This document shows positions 1 to 13,525 of a DNA stretch of 64,000 nucleotides, piece after piece; the first letter of the stretch is position 1, and every line of letters starts with the position of its first letter. The notes beneath the pieces are model-generated. The model was not told the DNA's origin. It was given only the letters and a program-made list of their open reading frames with translations, and made no database searches. This stretch comes from Octopus vulgaris (Eukaryota), in the NCBI GenBank assembly GCA_951406725.2, contig OX597823.1:19096001-19160000 (forward strand), read 5' to 3'. A program made the position numbers and the translations under genes.

Positions 1-72
1 TGAACGCAGAACGTAGCGGCAGACGAAATACTGCTAAGCATTTCGCCCGGCGTGCTAACGATTCTGCCGCCT
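1..72 (-). mobile_element. SINE family C, 5' head fragment (cut by window edge)
   Basis: Reverse complement reads ggcggcagaatcgttagcacgccgggcgaaatgcttagcagtatttcgtctgccgctacgttctg, matching the head of the copy at 35110. Confidence 0.75.
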
Positions 73-812
73 TAAATAGTGAAAGTATCATAAACAACTA
101 AGTCGTGCTTTTGATGCACTCGACAGGGGAGAAGGGGAAGGAGCGAATTTCTTAACTACGTTGCTACATCTGGACTGTATTTGATGTTTTAATATTTATT
201 GTAGCATAAATCCATTCGCTTAGGAAGAATTGTAGGAATCGTCTTCCTTACTTGACTAGTACTTCATTTTATTTTCCGTTGAAGGATGGAAATCAATCTG
301 ACCTTAAACATAAAGGGCCATCATTAAAAATGCTACTTATATTTTGTCTGAAGTTCTAGAGATTCTACCAATGTAAACTGCAAAAATAGAGATAGCTGAC
401 GCTCTCTCTCTACATTAAATACAAAAAAAAAAAAAAAAAAAAAATAGAGAGAACTGGAATGCTCTCAGTGGCAGAGTTTCGAATTAGGTACCCCATACTT
501 TACGGAGATAATTTTTCTTACGATTCTGAAAAGAAAAAAAAATTTACATTTCGCTCACTTCCTTCACTACTGTAATATTTTCATTTCCCATGAGCATGAC
601 ATAGAATATCACGCCCGACACCCAAACGGCTTTCGACAGCCAGCATTCTTTTGTCAACATTAGTGAAAGAGGTTCTTTGGTTCAATTTCCTCTACGTGTT
701 TGCAACAGGAGAAACCTCTACATGGTTGCTCCCACCTACACGAAATTGCTGTAAATTTCCATTAAATCATTCATTACCATGTTTAAAATATTTAAATCTG
801 TTGCATATCACA

Positions 813-1207
813 TCTTTATATATAAAAGTCAAGTTGTGTGTCTGTCTCCTACGATTTAGATTCCTAACTACTCCCACATTTTGCGGTGCAGTTTAACCAA
901 AAGCGGGTATCTTATAGTCGTGATTCATATCGAGCCCGTCTGGGTATTAGCGCGTGTCTACGATGAGTCTACGATTTAAAAAAAATTTACCATAATTTTT
1001 TCTATTTTAATGCATTTTTTTCGCTATTATATAAGGGAAGTAACTCTCTAAAAATGTCTACGATGAGTCAACGATTTAAAAAAAAACTACCATCATTTTT
1101 TTTCCATTTTTAAAGTATTTTTTGCTATTTTTTGGCTATAACTCTCTAAAAATGCTTATATAGTTATTTCCCTTACAAACCCGAGCAACGCCGGGCGATA
1201 CTGCTAG
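813..1207 (+). mobile_element. Non-autonomous Helitron
   Basis: Starts TC, ends CTAG, sits between A and T with no TSD. Subterminal hairpin cccgagcaacgccggg. Same family at 7971-8190 and 54559-54954. Confidence 0.85.
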
Positions 1208-2699
1208 TTTGATATACTGGACGTCTGAAAAGGGCGGGAACATATTTTAGACCTTGGTTATGTATTAGATGCTTCATCACAATAAATGTGCTTGTTCGAG
1301 GACTAGTTGCGTTTAATTAAAACGTCTCATCGTTCTAAGCCGCTAAAGAAAAAATGCAATTGGCATGTTAACACTTTTGGTCATAGCTCGGCTCATTGAG
1401 GGCCAACTTGTTACGCACACCGATAAATAAACTGGATGTTTGTGTAAGTATTCATTACATATGCACTCTGAAATAATAATAAAAATGACCCCCAAAACTC
1501 CGAGATAAGGTTAAGATTAGGGTGAATATAAAACTTAGCTGGTAGAGTGAGGGTTAAGGTCATGATCGTTGTGTGTGTATATATGGCATTTGGCTCTGCA
1601 ACTGTTTTCTTTTCTTTTTAGTGCTGTGCGTTAATGTTCATGGCGTCCCCAAAATTAACAAATGCCGTTTGTATACAACTGTCAGCTTGTTTGTCTTTCT
1701 TTCTTAAATAATACATAAACACACTCGCTTTCTCTCGCTCTCTTACACACTTTTGAATCTCCGAGACCCATCATTTATGTTATGTAAATACTTTTGACAT
1801 TCAAATAAAAAAAAATCTGTAGAACTGAGAAAAGCCTGGATGAGATCGTTTGAATTGCGTGAAATAGTATCCAAATCTGTCTCAAATATAGTATATCTAG
1901 GGGTTAAAATATATTTAAAAAAAAAAAAAAGCTGGGGTTGTTACATCTAGAAGAGTCGTGATCATAAGTCTGTTTGATCAAGGTCCTATGATGAAACAGG
2001 CCATAACAGATTCTCAAACTGTATCTGTCGCCATGCATGAGGAGGAAGAGTGGGGTGGGTAACTTTACAAGACGTCCGTCTGTATAAAGATAGTATATAA
2101 TGATACAGTGTACTTGTATCAGTGACCGTGTTTGATGTATAACGACATTCCTTAACTGTTTATAATAAAAATAATATACTCCGAGGAGACAAAAGTGAAT
2201 TCAACATTTTTTGGTGCATATGTCTGTCTTGACACAATTTGGTGTTTTACACCACTGGGGTGTCAGTATTTGAGATGCAACCCAACAGAATCAACCGCCT
2301 CCATTGTTGCTGCTGTCGCTTTTCATTGTAGCACTGAAATGACCTCCAGATTCGGCTTGTGATCTTGGGTAGCTCAATTACCAGAACCCCCTTGGCCTAT
2401 TTATCGTGGGTCACAGGAGTACAAAGCAGAATGTCTGGAATCAGTCTGGCTGCAGGAGTTTCTACAAGTGTGTGGAACCGAACACAAGGCCACTTTAAGG
2501 GCTCGACTCCGGCTTTATTAAAAGGGTTACTCTCTGACCGGTTCTGCAATATCTTGCTGAACAAGCTGCACAAATGATTCCTTTATAGTGACCAAATGTA
2601 TGCGCCGAACATTTAACTCACTCCCATCAAATCGACATTACGTTTGCTGCTGTACGTTGTATCACACTTTGGGTGTCGAAGTGATCGCAGATCAACGTG

Positions 2700-3110
2700 A
2701 GATGAAGTGTCTTGCTCAAGAACACAACGCACCACTCAGTCCAGGAATTGAAACTACGATCTCGTGATCGTGGGTACAACACCCTAACTACTAGGCCATG
2801 CTTAGTGGTTAGGGTATTAGGCTCGTGATCATAAGGCTGTGAGTTCGATTCCTTGTAGTGCATTGTGTCCTTGAGCAAGACATTTTATTTTACTTTGTTC
2901 CCGTCCACTCAACTGGCAAGAATGAGTTCTACCTGTAATTTAAAGGGTCAACCTTTTCACATTTTGTGTCACGTTGGTCTCCCTCGGAAACTATGTTAAG
3001 GGCATGCGTGTCTGCGGCATGCTTAACCACTTCCACGTTAATTTCACAAGCAGGCTGTTTCGTTGATTGGATCAACTGGAACCGCTCGTCGTCGTAACCG
3101 ACGGAGTGCC
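2700..3110. mobile_element. tRNA-derived SINE family B (+, about 2797-3110) fused head-to-head with an inverted SINE head (-, about 2700-2799)
   Basis: A box gcttagtggttaggg and B box gagttcgattcc. 3' part matches 23597-23974 (ttaatttcacaagcaggctgtt...cgtcgtaaccgacggagtgc). Confidence 0.75.
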
Positions 3111-3534
3111 ATAAGACTCCACCTTGACTCACAAGGCAAGTGAGGTTATTTGTCTCCTGTAGCTGGGAATTTTTATCTCTGGATTGGAGGCTATTGTCAG
3201 CTTGAGTCAGGCAGGGTCGTTATGCCCTGAAACAACGACTGAAGACATTATCCACGGCTTAAGAATAGAACAGATGTTTGCTTCCAATAACAAATATGAT
3301 TATATTACAATGTAATTATTATAAAAACATTTCTCTATAACTAAATCTATTTACAAATGTGAAGAAAAGTATTCAATACATGTAGTTTAGTTCTTCATTC
3401 AGCGATGTTTTACTCGGGTGCTTTCCAAAGTAAGTGGTGGAAAATGTTATAAGGGTACTAGGAACAAAAGGGTGGTATGAGAGTGATAGGTGCATCTGTA
3501 CAATTTTAGTCTGTTTTTTTTTTTTATTTAAATA

Positions 3535-3725
3535 CTGGTTGCAAATTTTCGCACAAGGCCAACAATTTCGGGGATGGTGCAAGTAGATTTCATCGACACC
3601 AGTATTCAACTGGTATCAAACCCGAAAGGATGGTAGGCGAAACTTGAACTCAGAACGTAAAAACGGACGAAATGTCGCTCAACATTTTTTGCCCGGCGTG
3701 CTAACGATTCTGCCAGCTCGCCGCT
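3535..3725 (-). mobile_element. SINE family C, decayed copy
   Basis: cccggcgtgctaacgattctgccagctcgccgc is the reverse complement of the family C head. Confidence 0.7.
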
Positions 3726-5366
3726 TTTCCTATTTAGATATTAACTTCTAAAAACATTTCGACTGTAATATTATGATAAATTGCTTGGTAACCATAATCA
3801 AAACAAGACGATAATGGCAATTACATCAACAATAAATATAATAGACGCCGAAATGTGAACAAGTAAAAAAATAAAACAAAACCATATGTATACCACCTAT
3901 GCATGTAGATTATTAGCAATAAATTAAAATATAATTTATGGAAGACATTGTCAAAATTTATGGGTATTTCAATACATGCTATAAAGACGGCCTTTGTAGC
4001 TTTTTAGGTAATGTCTTGACCTGTGTGTGCTTTTGCAGTATATGGCAATTCTACATGTTTGAACGTTGTTGACTCTAGCTATGAGTGTTGTCTGTTAATC
4101 CTATAAGCTATCCACGTGTATAAACATACATGTGTAAACTTGCACGTGGACAGAGAAATCAATATATGTGTGTGTTTGTGAAAAAATATATATATATATA
4201 GTAAATATAGCGATAAATTTCAGATGGTCGCTGCTACGGTGGTATATATAAAATACAAAGGATACGAATGTGAGTTCGACCGAATTCATGTGCTAAAAGA
4301 CTGGATCAATAACTAAAGTCAAGCGGTGGTGTATTAAATATTCACTCAGAGTAAGAGGTAGTACTATAGTAAATTGTCACTCGCCGCAAACTAGTGTCTA
4401 GAACTAAATTACCCTGGCCCCGATATTACGTGTAATGTACATTAAAAATTCAGGAAGGGAAGCGTTGAATTGTAAGTAGGGGCATGGGGTTGAAAGTGTT
4501 AGTAAAAAGGGGCTTCTTACTGTATGCTGTCCTTCAAGCAATTAAAAGAAGTGGCGATAGGTCTGCATCATCAGCTTCGAACGAATTTATTTATATGGAT
4601 TTAATCATCTGCGACTTTCTGGGTATTTTTATATAAGATTTTAAAATGTCAAGTTTAGATAAAGCTCGTATTGCATTTATAAATAGTGAATATTTACAAT
4701 ATACAGCGTACATATTTAGAATATTTATATATTAAAACCTCTCTGTGACTAGGACAAACTATTCGTACCCCACCTCCATGGATCTCCAATCAAAACAATG
4801 CATAACATAAAAGGCAGTGGTACCCAATGGTGTTGGCATTTCACATATCGACAGTTATGGCATTCTGTCACACGCTGATTCAGATAAATAACCCGATTGA
4901 TAGCGAAAACAACGAAAGTATTTACAACTAGTATTATTTATATTATCTTTATATTTGCGATAGCCGAAAGGTTTTTGGGGTGTCGGGTATTTTGTTTTTT
5001 TTTGATCGGAACACATGAAATCTCCGTTTGGAATAATTCATTTCTGAGTAATCTCTATGAAACCATGGTACAGTAAAAACGACGAGCACCAAGATGATTC
5101 AGTTCTTCGGGGGTTTTTTTTTATGGCTATCTTGGTGTTTGTTATTTATGAACTCGTTATTTAACTTCCTCTTTTTCATGCATGCGTAGATCAGATGGAA
5201 TTTGTTGGTTTTCTACACAACCGCTTGCCCTTCCTGTCGCCAACCCTCACTTGTTACTAAGCAAGTTAATGTTTCCCTTAGAAGACTACAAGCATCGTTT
5301 GTATGACGGTGATGCTCGTTTGCTATCATCGCATGATGTGAAGACAAGGGCACACATTTATACACA

Positions 5367-5678
5367 CGACAGGCTTCTTCTAGTTGTTAGCCACCAAATC
5401 CATTTAGAGCAAGGCTTTGGTCGGCTTGGGGCTTTTTCCAAAGATGCCCCGTAGTGCTTCTTCCAATTGTTATCCACCAAATCCATTTAGAGCAAGGCTT
5501 TGGTCGGCCTGGGGCTTTTCCCAAAGATGCCCCGTAGTGCTTCTTCCAGTTGTTATCCACCAAATCCATTTAGAGCAAGGCTTTGGTCGGCCTGGGGCTT
5601 TTGCCAAAGATGCCCCGTAGTGAGATTGAGCCCGAGAACATATGATTGGGAAGCAAGTCTCTTAACCGTACAGTCACA
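5367..5678 (-). mobile_element. SINE family A fragment containing an 83-bp tandem triplication
   Basis: ccaccaaatccatttagagcaaggctttggtcggc recurs at 5391, 5474 and 5557. The sequence resembles the family A 5' body. Confidence 0.75.
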
Positions 5679-6142
5679 CCTTCGGCGATAACTCTTGAAC
5701 GATAACACCCTAATCAAGTTTTAAAGTGACCATAGATACCAAAGTAGGGTGGATCTTTGATAAGAAAAACGTAAAATCGGCGAATATCAAAAGTATCTTA
5801 GTAGTTATTGAAATTAGGCACATTTCAAAAACAACCTATATAATCTCAGTTTGGCTTATTCTAGTGTAGAAAGTGAATCAACATGCAGAACCAGTTATTG
5901 TGGACTGTGTATTTAATGAAAACACTTTGTAATCAATGTTACTCGACGATCCTTTTCCGGCTAATTAACTCGATAATGCCGCATGATCTTTCTATAATGT
6001 GTTATTGCTAATAATGTTCCTTTGAACTGGATATGACGTTCTGTAATCAAAAGATAAATATGTATCGAAGTATCAAGTGCACTGTACTATATATATATAA
6101 ACAGTAATAATTCGAGGAAGATTTTTTCTGTATTTTTTTATA

Positions 6143-6384
6143 ATCTAGTTTCAGCTCACGAGCTGTGGCCATGCTGGGGCACCGCCATTTGGTGTTGCTA
6201 CATGATTTTACTTCACGAATGCTTTTTAGCAATTGCCATTTGGTGCATGAGAGTTCGATGCAGCTGCCCTCATCTGCACCTCCTGTCGTGAAGTTGGTTC
6301 ATCTGGGACACCTGACAAGAAGAGATCCAGTTTTATTTTAAAGACATCTGCAACCACCCCATGCAGGTCTCTGAGGTTCTTCTT
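6143..6384 (-). mobile_element. 5'-truncated CR1-group LINE 3' end
   Basis: Minus strand translates KNLRDLHGVVADVFKIKLDLFLSGVPDEPTSRQEVQMRAAASNS (FKxxLD...PDEP C-terminal LINE ORF2 motif), followed by the tail ggcggtgccccagcatggccacagctcgtgagctgaaactag. Confidence 0.75.
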
Positions 6385-7742
6385 GTATGGTCAAACATTT
6401 TATTACAGAAGTTAAAAGCCATTAATTTTTGAAGGGTAAAAACTTGTATTTGCTCAAGTTGTTAATTTCCTGAATATTTCACTGGTGACAGACAATATTG
6501 TTTAGAATTTTCGTTCGAAAATTATGAGCGAATTACTTTCTAAGATAGTCCACTAAAGCTTGGGGCAATCTGCACACGTGTGCACGATTTTGTTTCCTTA
6601 TAATTTTCAGAAAAATAGATATCCGTTGATGAAATTTCAGATGGTATAGATTCCGATTATATCGGAATTTAATGTGGGGCGGAAAAAAGTGGGTGCACAT
6701 ACATATAAATAACATACTTAACACACATTACATAATCACAATTTAAAGTTTCATTTTGTAGATATATATGTAATGTATATGTATGAGCGTGCACCCACAA
6801 ACTTTTTCACTTTAAATTCCGATATAACCATTATCCACACCATCAGAAACGTATTTAAAAAAAAAATTTTTTAGAAAATTTCATTAAAAACGTTATTTTT
6901 CTGGAAATTATGGAGAAACAGTCGGAAGGGGTGGGGAGCACTTATATAGGTATGCTAAACTTGGATCAAATGATAGCTCAACATCGCTATCAATTATGGA
7001 AATAGAATATAGCGTTGACATGATATTACCAATAAGTGAAAAAGTGATCAATGTAAAACTTAAGACTTTGAAAATGAGGTTCAGTAACATATGAGGTGGT
7101 AAATCAGTCTTCTGTGCTTTTGACTGATAAAAAATACTGGCTCTACATTCAAGCATATTGAAGTAAAAGCCAAATCTCCCGTTAAAAAAAATGCCTCTAC
7201 TATGTGTATTAATGTGGAGGGTAAGACATCCAAGTAATTCTTATTTCTCTAATACCTTTGCAGTTCAAAACAGGTTTGTCTAAAATGGTATAAAGCCATC
7301 AAAATGGCGTTGTATTTGATTAAATGAATTAAATCAAATGACATTTTGATATTCTTTGTTGCTAAAATATTAATTTTATACTTGTTTTGAAGTTATCTTT
7401 TATATGGGATTATCGTTCCCCCCCCCACCTATGGTGGATTAAGCATTGTTTCATACAGGATTCTTGTGGGCTATCTTTAAATTAGCTCCATTTTAAATGC
7501 TGATAACCGATATAATTTTTTCTGGGTTTATCCACTTTAATTAGGGAGTTCGATTTTCGTATTGTTTTTCGAATAAACGACTCTCCACAACCCGTATGTA
7601 ATCAAAACCGGGCACAGTTTGTATATCTTCTAATATATAGACTCACACTGACACGTGTTTATGTATTGATAAAATATTGTATGTTCGTTGAATTTACGTA
7701 AAATGACGGAGTTTCCCATCGATCGTTTAACTAAAGCAGCTT

Positions 7743-7831
7743 TCAGTCAGTGAGTTCAATAAAAACACTATCGAACTGTTCAACTGTGTGTATTAACATT
7801 ATATTAACATTTACGCGCCCTTTTCTTTTGC
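7743..7831 (+). promoter_or_regulatory. Candidate TSS and non-coding first exon
   Basis: Initiator-like TCAGTC at 7743 in CpG-retaining unique DNA, with a consensus donor GTAAGT at 7832. Motif inference only. Confidence 0.3.
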
Positions 7832-7970
7832 GTAAGTGAGTATTGAATGGTGTCAGGTTGTTAGATTTTGGTATTCCCAAATGAAGGTTTTCACAAATTC
7901 TTTAAATACAAAGGACGATAAATAAACAGAATTAGTAGAGCCGCAAGGGAAAAATATACTTTGCTGTATT

Positions 7971-8190
7971 TAGCGAAAAAAATGCATTAAAATGGAAAAA
8001 AATGATGGTAAATTTTTTTTTAAATCGTAGACTCATCGTAGACGCGCGCTAATACCCAGAAGGGCTCGATATGAATCACGACTATAAGATACCCGGTTTT
8101 TGTTAAACTGCACCGCAAAATGTGGGAGTAGTTAGGAATCTAAATCGTAGGAGACAGACAGACACACAACTTCACTTTTATATATAAAGA
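7971..8190 (-). mobile_element. Helitron 5' half (same family as 813-1207)
   Basis: Reverse complement of tctttatatataaaagt...ctcctacgatttagattcctaactactcccac. The 3' CTAG end is missing. Confidence 0.8.
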
Positions 8191-11100
8191 TTTTGTTTCT
8201 ATCAGCCATATTGAGCTGACATGTTGAGGGTTATCATCGATTAGTTCCCTCTTATTAATGTTCTAACTCGAATTTTAACTTCCGTCTTGATTTCTCGTGA
8301 GACAACTTTTGTCTGATTTTGTTTTCCCTTTCTACAGCCCACATTCTGTCTTTGTATCTTTTCAGCACTTCCCTTCCTTTTCGAACCCACCTTGTAAATT
8401 CATATATCACTAGGTGCAACACTTACATTAAGTAGGGTAAACACGTCAGTAGATTTCTGAGTTATATTAAAATTTATAACAGGAAATTATCACCTTCGTG
8501 TCTTAGCCGAAAGGCCAACATTTAATGTCACTCACAGATGTTGGTAATTGTCTTGTTATTCTTCTATCTAAGCAGGCAATATAAACTGATTGACACTCAC
8601 TTATCAACGCCAGTCAAAAATATGGCAATTTTGTAAATATTGTTCGTGAAGGCCTTGCATCAGAACGAACGAAGGGAGACACGCTTCTTTGTTCTATGGC
8701 AGTGCCTGACCATTTAAAATTTGTGGGTGTGGAATGCTTATAACTTGAATCTGTCATTCACGACCTGGTTAAAAGGCGCGAGAAACTCTGACCTGACCTT
8801 TCTGTTCCCTTCATCGGTGAAAGGTCACAGAATAGACTTATTTGATCAAGATTATATTTCGGGAGATAATATAAAAACCAATTTAAAAATAAATATTCAA
8901 CAGGAATAGCCTTCAAATCTTGAATATTTTCAAACTTATTTCATTCAAGTTAGTAATTTCATATAGTAATACTTTATAAAAAATCGTTATATTTTAAGAG
9001 TTCTTTGTGTTCATTTGTAAATAATTCCAATTTATGAAATTCTCTCAGCTCTATCAACTAACTTTTTTATTCTTTCTTCCCCAGTATATGAGAAAGTAAA
9101 GTTTGAAATGTGCTGATGTATAAATTATTTCGATCCTATGGAAGGTGTTTGTAGGAACTTGTAAATTTATTTATCCGACCGGTAATTTATTTACAGTGTA
9201 TAATGATTAGATATGACTAATAAATTGCTAATTAATTCCTTAAATAAATATAATCTTAAATTTTATAGTGGGGTTTAATTAGTTACGGGTTTTTATTTCT
9301 TCCACGTATAGATAATAGAAATATACTTTTCAGTGTGTTTTGGGAACCTGGAATTATTTCTCAATGACACTTGTTTTATTGTAATATAAGCTATTAGAAA
9401 TTCCAAAGGTAGTTATTCATTTTCATTTCGTATACTTTCACTATCGGGTGACATAAAATTGACTCGAATAATTTAGAATGTTTTTTTTTGTTTCTTGAGA
9501 AAAACGAAACTTAAATTTAAAAAAAAAAAAAATCCAAACCCAATCACCGTTTTATAAATTCCAAAGAATGTTGAAATACCTTCATGTTCTGATGATAAAA
9601 ATTGACACTGTCTCGTTTACCAAATAAATTTAAAATGATGACGTGATGTTTATCATTAAAAAAAAAAATTTAAATAAAATACATAAAACTTGTGGGGAAT
9701 TTTTTTTTTTTTTCACGAATTATTATTAATCCGACAAAAATGACCTGATGCATCGAAAATACTTGTATTTCCCACAAACTAATCATATTCCTCATTCTCT
9801 GACATATCAGTTTTACTTCTTCCCTATTCACACAGTCCCTTTCTCTCTTATTTCTCCTACCCCCACCCACCGCGCTCCCGTATTTCTAAGTTGATCCTTA
9901 AACTTGAGAGTGGAATGGTATCGTGTGGTCTGAGAAGGGGAGTCATTTAGATTAAATCACTTAAGAGCCTTTCTCTGTCTGATCATAGAAGCAGCTGCTT
10001 CTCGGTAACCTTAGCGGAAAATCCAACTCTGACTCACTTTCAATTATTAATTCGAGATTTTTTTTTTTCCTTTTGTCTGACGGTGTGTATATGTGAGTGC
10101 ATCTCTCTCTCTGAGGGTATACCCCCACCCAAATTAATAGCAGTAATCATAATAATTTATAATTCTTATTAACTTTTTGGAGTGATCGATATAAGGCATG
10201 TTACTGGCCGTGATTATATCGTACCAAAATATGGCCTTGTTCATATGCTAGAAATTAATATAACGATTAGAAGCAGAAGAACAGCAGGTAAAAAAAAAGC
10301 AACATTTATTTATGAGTTCAAATCGCGCTCACGTTTTAATGATAAAGTATCAGTCGGGTACAAGAGTTGAGATAATTTATACTTTGTGTGAGTGTGTTAA
10401 TAGAACCACGTGCTGCAGGATCGGTGGAGCATCGTTAAAAAAAAATATCGATTTAGTCAACCTTTGTGTCATTTGGTCCAGGAAGTAAAGGAAGATCGCT
10501 GAATAACAAAACTTCAAACGATTTAACCTATTTTACCGATTCCGCAGATATTCACCAGTCTAACACCATAAATATTTATGGGGGAAAATACAGCTGAATC
10601 TATCCATCTGTATATTGGTACTTATCAGCCCAAATAGTGAAAGATGAAAGATGAAGTAGGCACCACAACCTAAAGATATAATAAAGACCACCAGCTACTA
10701 CTGAAAGTCCGGCAAGGTTTACTGATTCTGTTGTCCATTAATAATTGTTTATTTTCTTAACGGTGTATTAAAAGACTCTTCCATCTGCTGTAATCAATCA
10801 CACTTGTATTCTTTCTATAGTTTTTTTTCTCTTTCTTTCTTCCGTCTATCTTATTTCTCTCTTTTTCTCTCTCTGCTATATGACAATCCTATAACACTTG
10901 ATTATTACTCCATTATGGAATGTAGTCTGTGGTTTGTGTATTTTTCATCGATCCTGCTACCCCTTGCCGTCTTCCCTCCCCTCCCCTTTCAAATCCCACC
11001 ATCTCCCTACACAACTACCACCACCACCGTCGATCACCATCGACCATTTCCCAACACCCCCCACACTCTTAGTCACTCCTCCCGCCCTCCTTTCTCTCAT

Positions 11101-12313
11101 CATCCTGCCCCACCTCGCTAAATCACCCCTCAATCATTCTCCACCTTCACCCTCTTCCTATTCTATGTTTCCTCTTCTCCCTCTGATGGCATTTTCTATC
11201 GACCCCCTTATTCTTCTCACCTCTGTCACTCATTTAAAGAAATAAAGAGAAAAAAATGAACCAAAGCCAACAACACATTAAAACACTTCTATCTCTCCCA
11301 ATTCAATCATTCCAATAATATCAAGTCATAATAATATAATAATAATGATGATGAGAATAATAATAATAATAAAAGCAATCAATGAGTATTATATTTATTA
11401 CACTGCTATTGTTGTAGGTGAACACTGGATTCTGCCTACTTCCATATCTTTTTAGGGAGCTAGGAGGATTTTGAGTTGCTCTTTTATTTTCCACTTGTTA
11501 GAAACAACAACAATAATAATAATAATTAATTGTTATTATTATTATTATAAGAATAATGACAAGGATTGTTTTATTTGCTGCAAGGGAGAACGGATGAGAG
11601 AGAGAGAGATATTACAGGAAAAGGAAAAAAAGATGAACAAAGCAGGTTCTTTTTATATTGGATTAGATGCTGGGGGCAGGGTAGAGAAACAACGATATTT
11701 AATTTTTTTTTTTTTTTCAAACCTTTAACACTGCCCCCCCCCCCCCCTCCATTTCCTTATTGTGTCTAAATTCTCTGGATTTATTCCTCAGCTTCCATCA
11801 ACACAGCTTGTGCCTCCTTTTCTCTGTTTTCTAGTTTTTGAAATACTTTTTTACAAGTGGTTTGTTAAATTGTTACAGAGATGAGGAACGACCTAGAATT
11901 TATTCAAAATAGGTCCACAGTGAAAGGCTTGATCAAGTTTTGTCCCCTCACACTATACAGAATCACACACACACACACACACATACATGGCTTTTGAAAT
12001 TAATTCCTTCTGCAATTATTTGTTTTTAACTTTTTCGATTTTGTGGTATTCTAAGGTTACAATTCTAAAAAAAAAATTAAATTTTGTTTTTAATGATGAT
12101 TGCTTAATAATTTCCCACTTTAATTTTGGGATCATAAACCAAGAGAATTACTGCATATAATATGCGTACATGGACACAAACATAATATATACATGCATGC
12201 ACACACATGCACACAAGTTCTTAGTGTGGAATTGTTGAAATTTATATTGTATTTTGACAAGATCATGTTGCTGATATGACTGTTCTTTGTACCAAAATAC
12301 AAATTGTGGTACA

Positions 12314-12769
12314 GGTGCAGGAGTGGCTGTGTGGTAAGAAGCTTGCTTTCCAACCACATGGTTCCAGGTTTTGGACAAGTGTCTTTGGTTCCCAACCACA
12401 TGATTCCGGGTTTTGGACAAGTGTCTTCTACTATAGCCTAGGGCTGACCAAAGCCTTGTGAGTGGATTTGGTAGACAGAAACTGAAAGCCCATCGTGTGT
12501 GTGTGTGTGTGTGTGTGTTTAAATATATATATATGTGTGTATATGTATGTGTGGTTATTATTTGTTTGTGTTTGTCTCTCCGCCATCACTTGACAACCGA
12601 TGTTGGTGTGTTTACGTCCGTATCACTTAGAGGTTTGGCAAACGAGACTGATAGAATAAGTACAAGACTTACAAAAAGAATAAGTCCTGAGGTCGATTTG
12701 TTTGATTAAAGGTGGTGCTCCAGCATGGCTGTGGTCAAATGACTGAAACAAGTAAAAGAATAAAAGAAT
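12314..12769 (+). mobile_element. tRNA-derived SINE family A, full length, with internal duplication
   Basis: Head ggagtggctgtgtggtaag, internal (TG)/(TA) tract, tail ggtggtgctccagcatggc...gactgaaacaagtaaaagaataaaag. The ccaaccacatg...ggacaagtgtct segment is duplicated. Confidence 0.85.
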
Positions 12770-13180
12770 ATATGTATTTAAGTGAATAAATTAGTGTTTT
12801 TTCTAGTTGTGCAATATTTTCCCAAAATGTGTAGAATACAGAACTTGGAATTAAAAGAAAAAATACCCAAAGAAATTGTTTGCCCTGTGGCCATAAAGGA
12901 TTGGAAAACAAAATATAAACATGCCTAGTTTTTATTACACATGCAATGAGCAGTAAATATTTGTATAAACAAGCTTTCCATGCTGGCGTAAACTGGAGTC
13001 ATGCCAGCATGGAGAGCTGATGTAAAATAATGAATCTACTGAAGTATTTTTATATTAAAATCTCTTATTCATCTCGCCACTCACATGTATCGTCTATGCA
13101 AGCTCTTAATACAATTCTTACATTAACAATATGAATGTAATGTGGCAATTAGATTTTAGTTTTAAATTAAGAATTTTCTG

Positions 13181-13437
13181 GCTTCTGTGCCGGTGGCACA
13201 TAAAAAGCACCAACCAAACATGGCCGCTGCCAGACTCCCCTGGCACCTGTGCCGGTGGCATGTAAAAAGCACCCACTACACTCGCGGAGTGGTTGGCGTT
13301 AGGAAGGGCATCCAGCTGTAGAAACACTGCCAGATCAGACTGGAGCCTGGTGCAGCCTCCTGGCTTCCCAGACCCCGGTTGAACCGTCCAACCCGTGCTA
13401 GCGCGGAAAATGGACATTAAACGATGATGATGATGAT
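13181..13437 (+). mobile_element. RTE LINE 3' UTR fragment with (GAT)n tail
   Basis: Matches the 3' UTR of the RTE at 39766-40659 (ggttggcgttaggaagggcatccagc...) and ends gatgatgatgatgat. Confidence 0.8.
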
Positions 13438-13525
13438 TTCTGTCAGTTTGTTTCTTGTGTTGGTTATTGTTATTTAACTTCACTTTGGCCTGTTTTTTTC
13501 TTCCTTGAATGGTTTTAGTCTAAAT

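Noticed and set aside
2359-2577. ORF with PLAYLSW, weakly like the Tc1 NPLDY..W motif
   Set aside because: Too short a resemblance, and no TIRs found.
4520-4585. Minus-strand CTGATGA as a possible hammerhead
   Set aside because: No GAAA...UH core, and stem I does not pair.
10804-11245. Pro/Ser-rich ORFs
   Set aside because: Low-complexity pyrimidine-rich tract with no domain or splice support. The same applies to 32146-32524.
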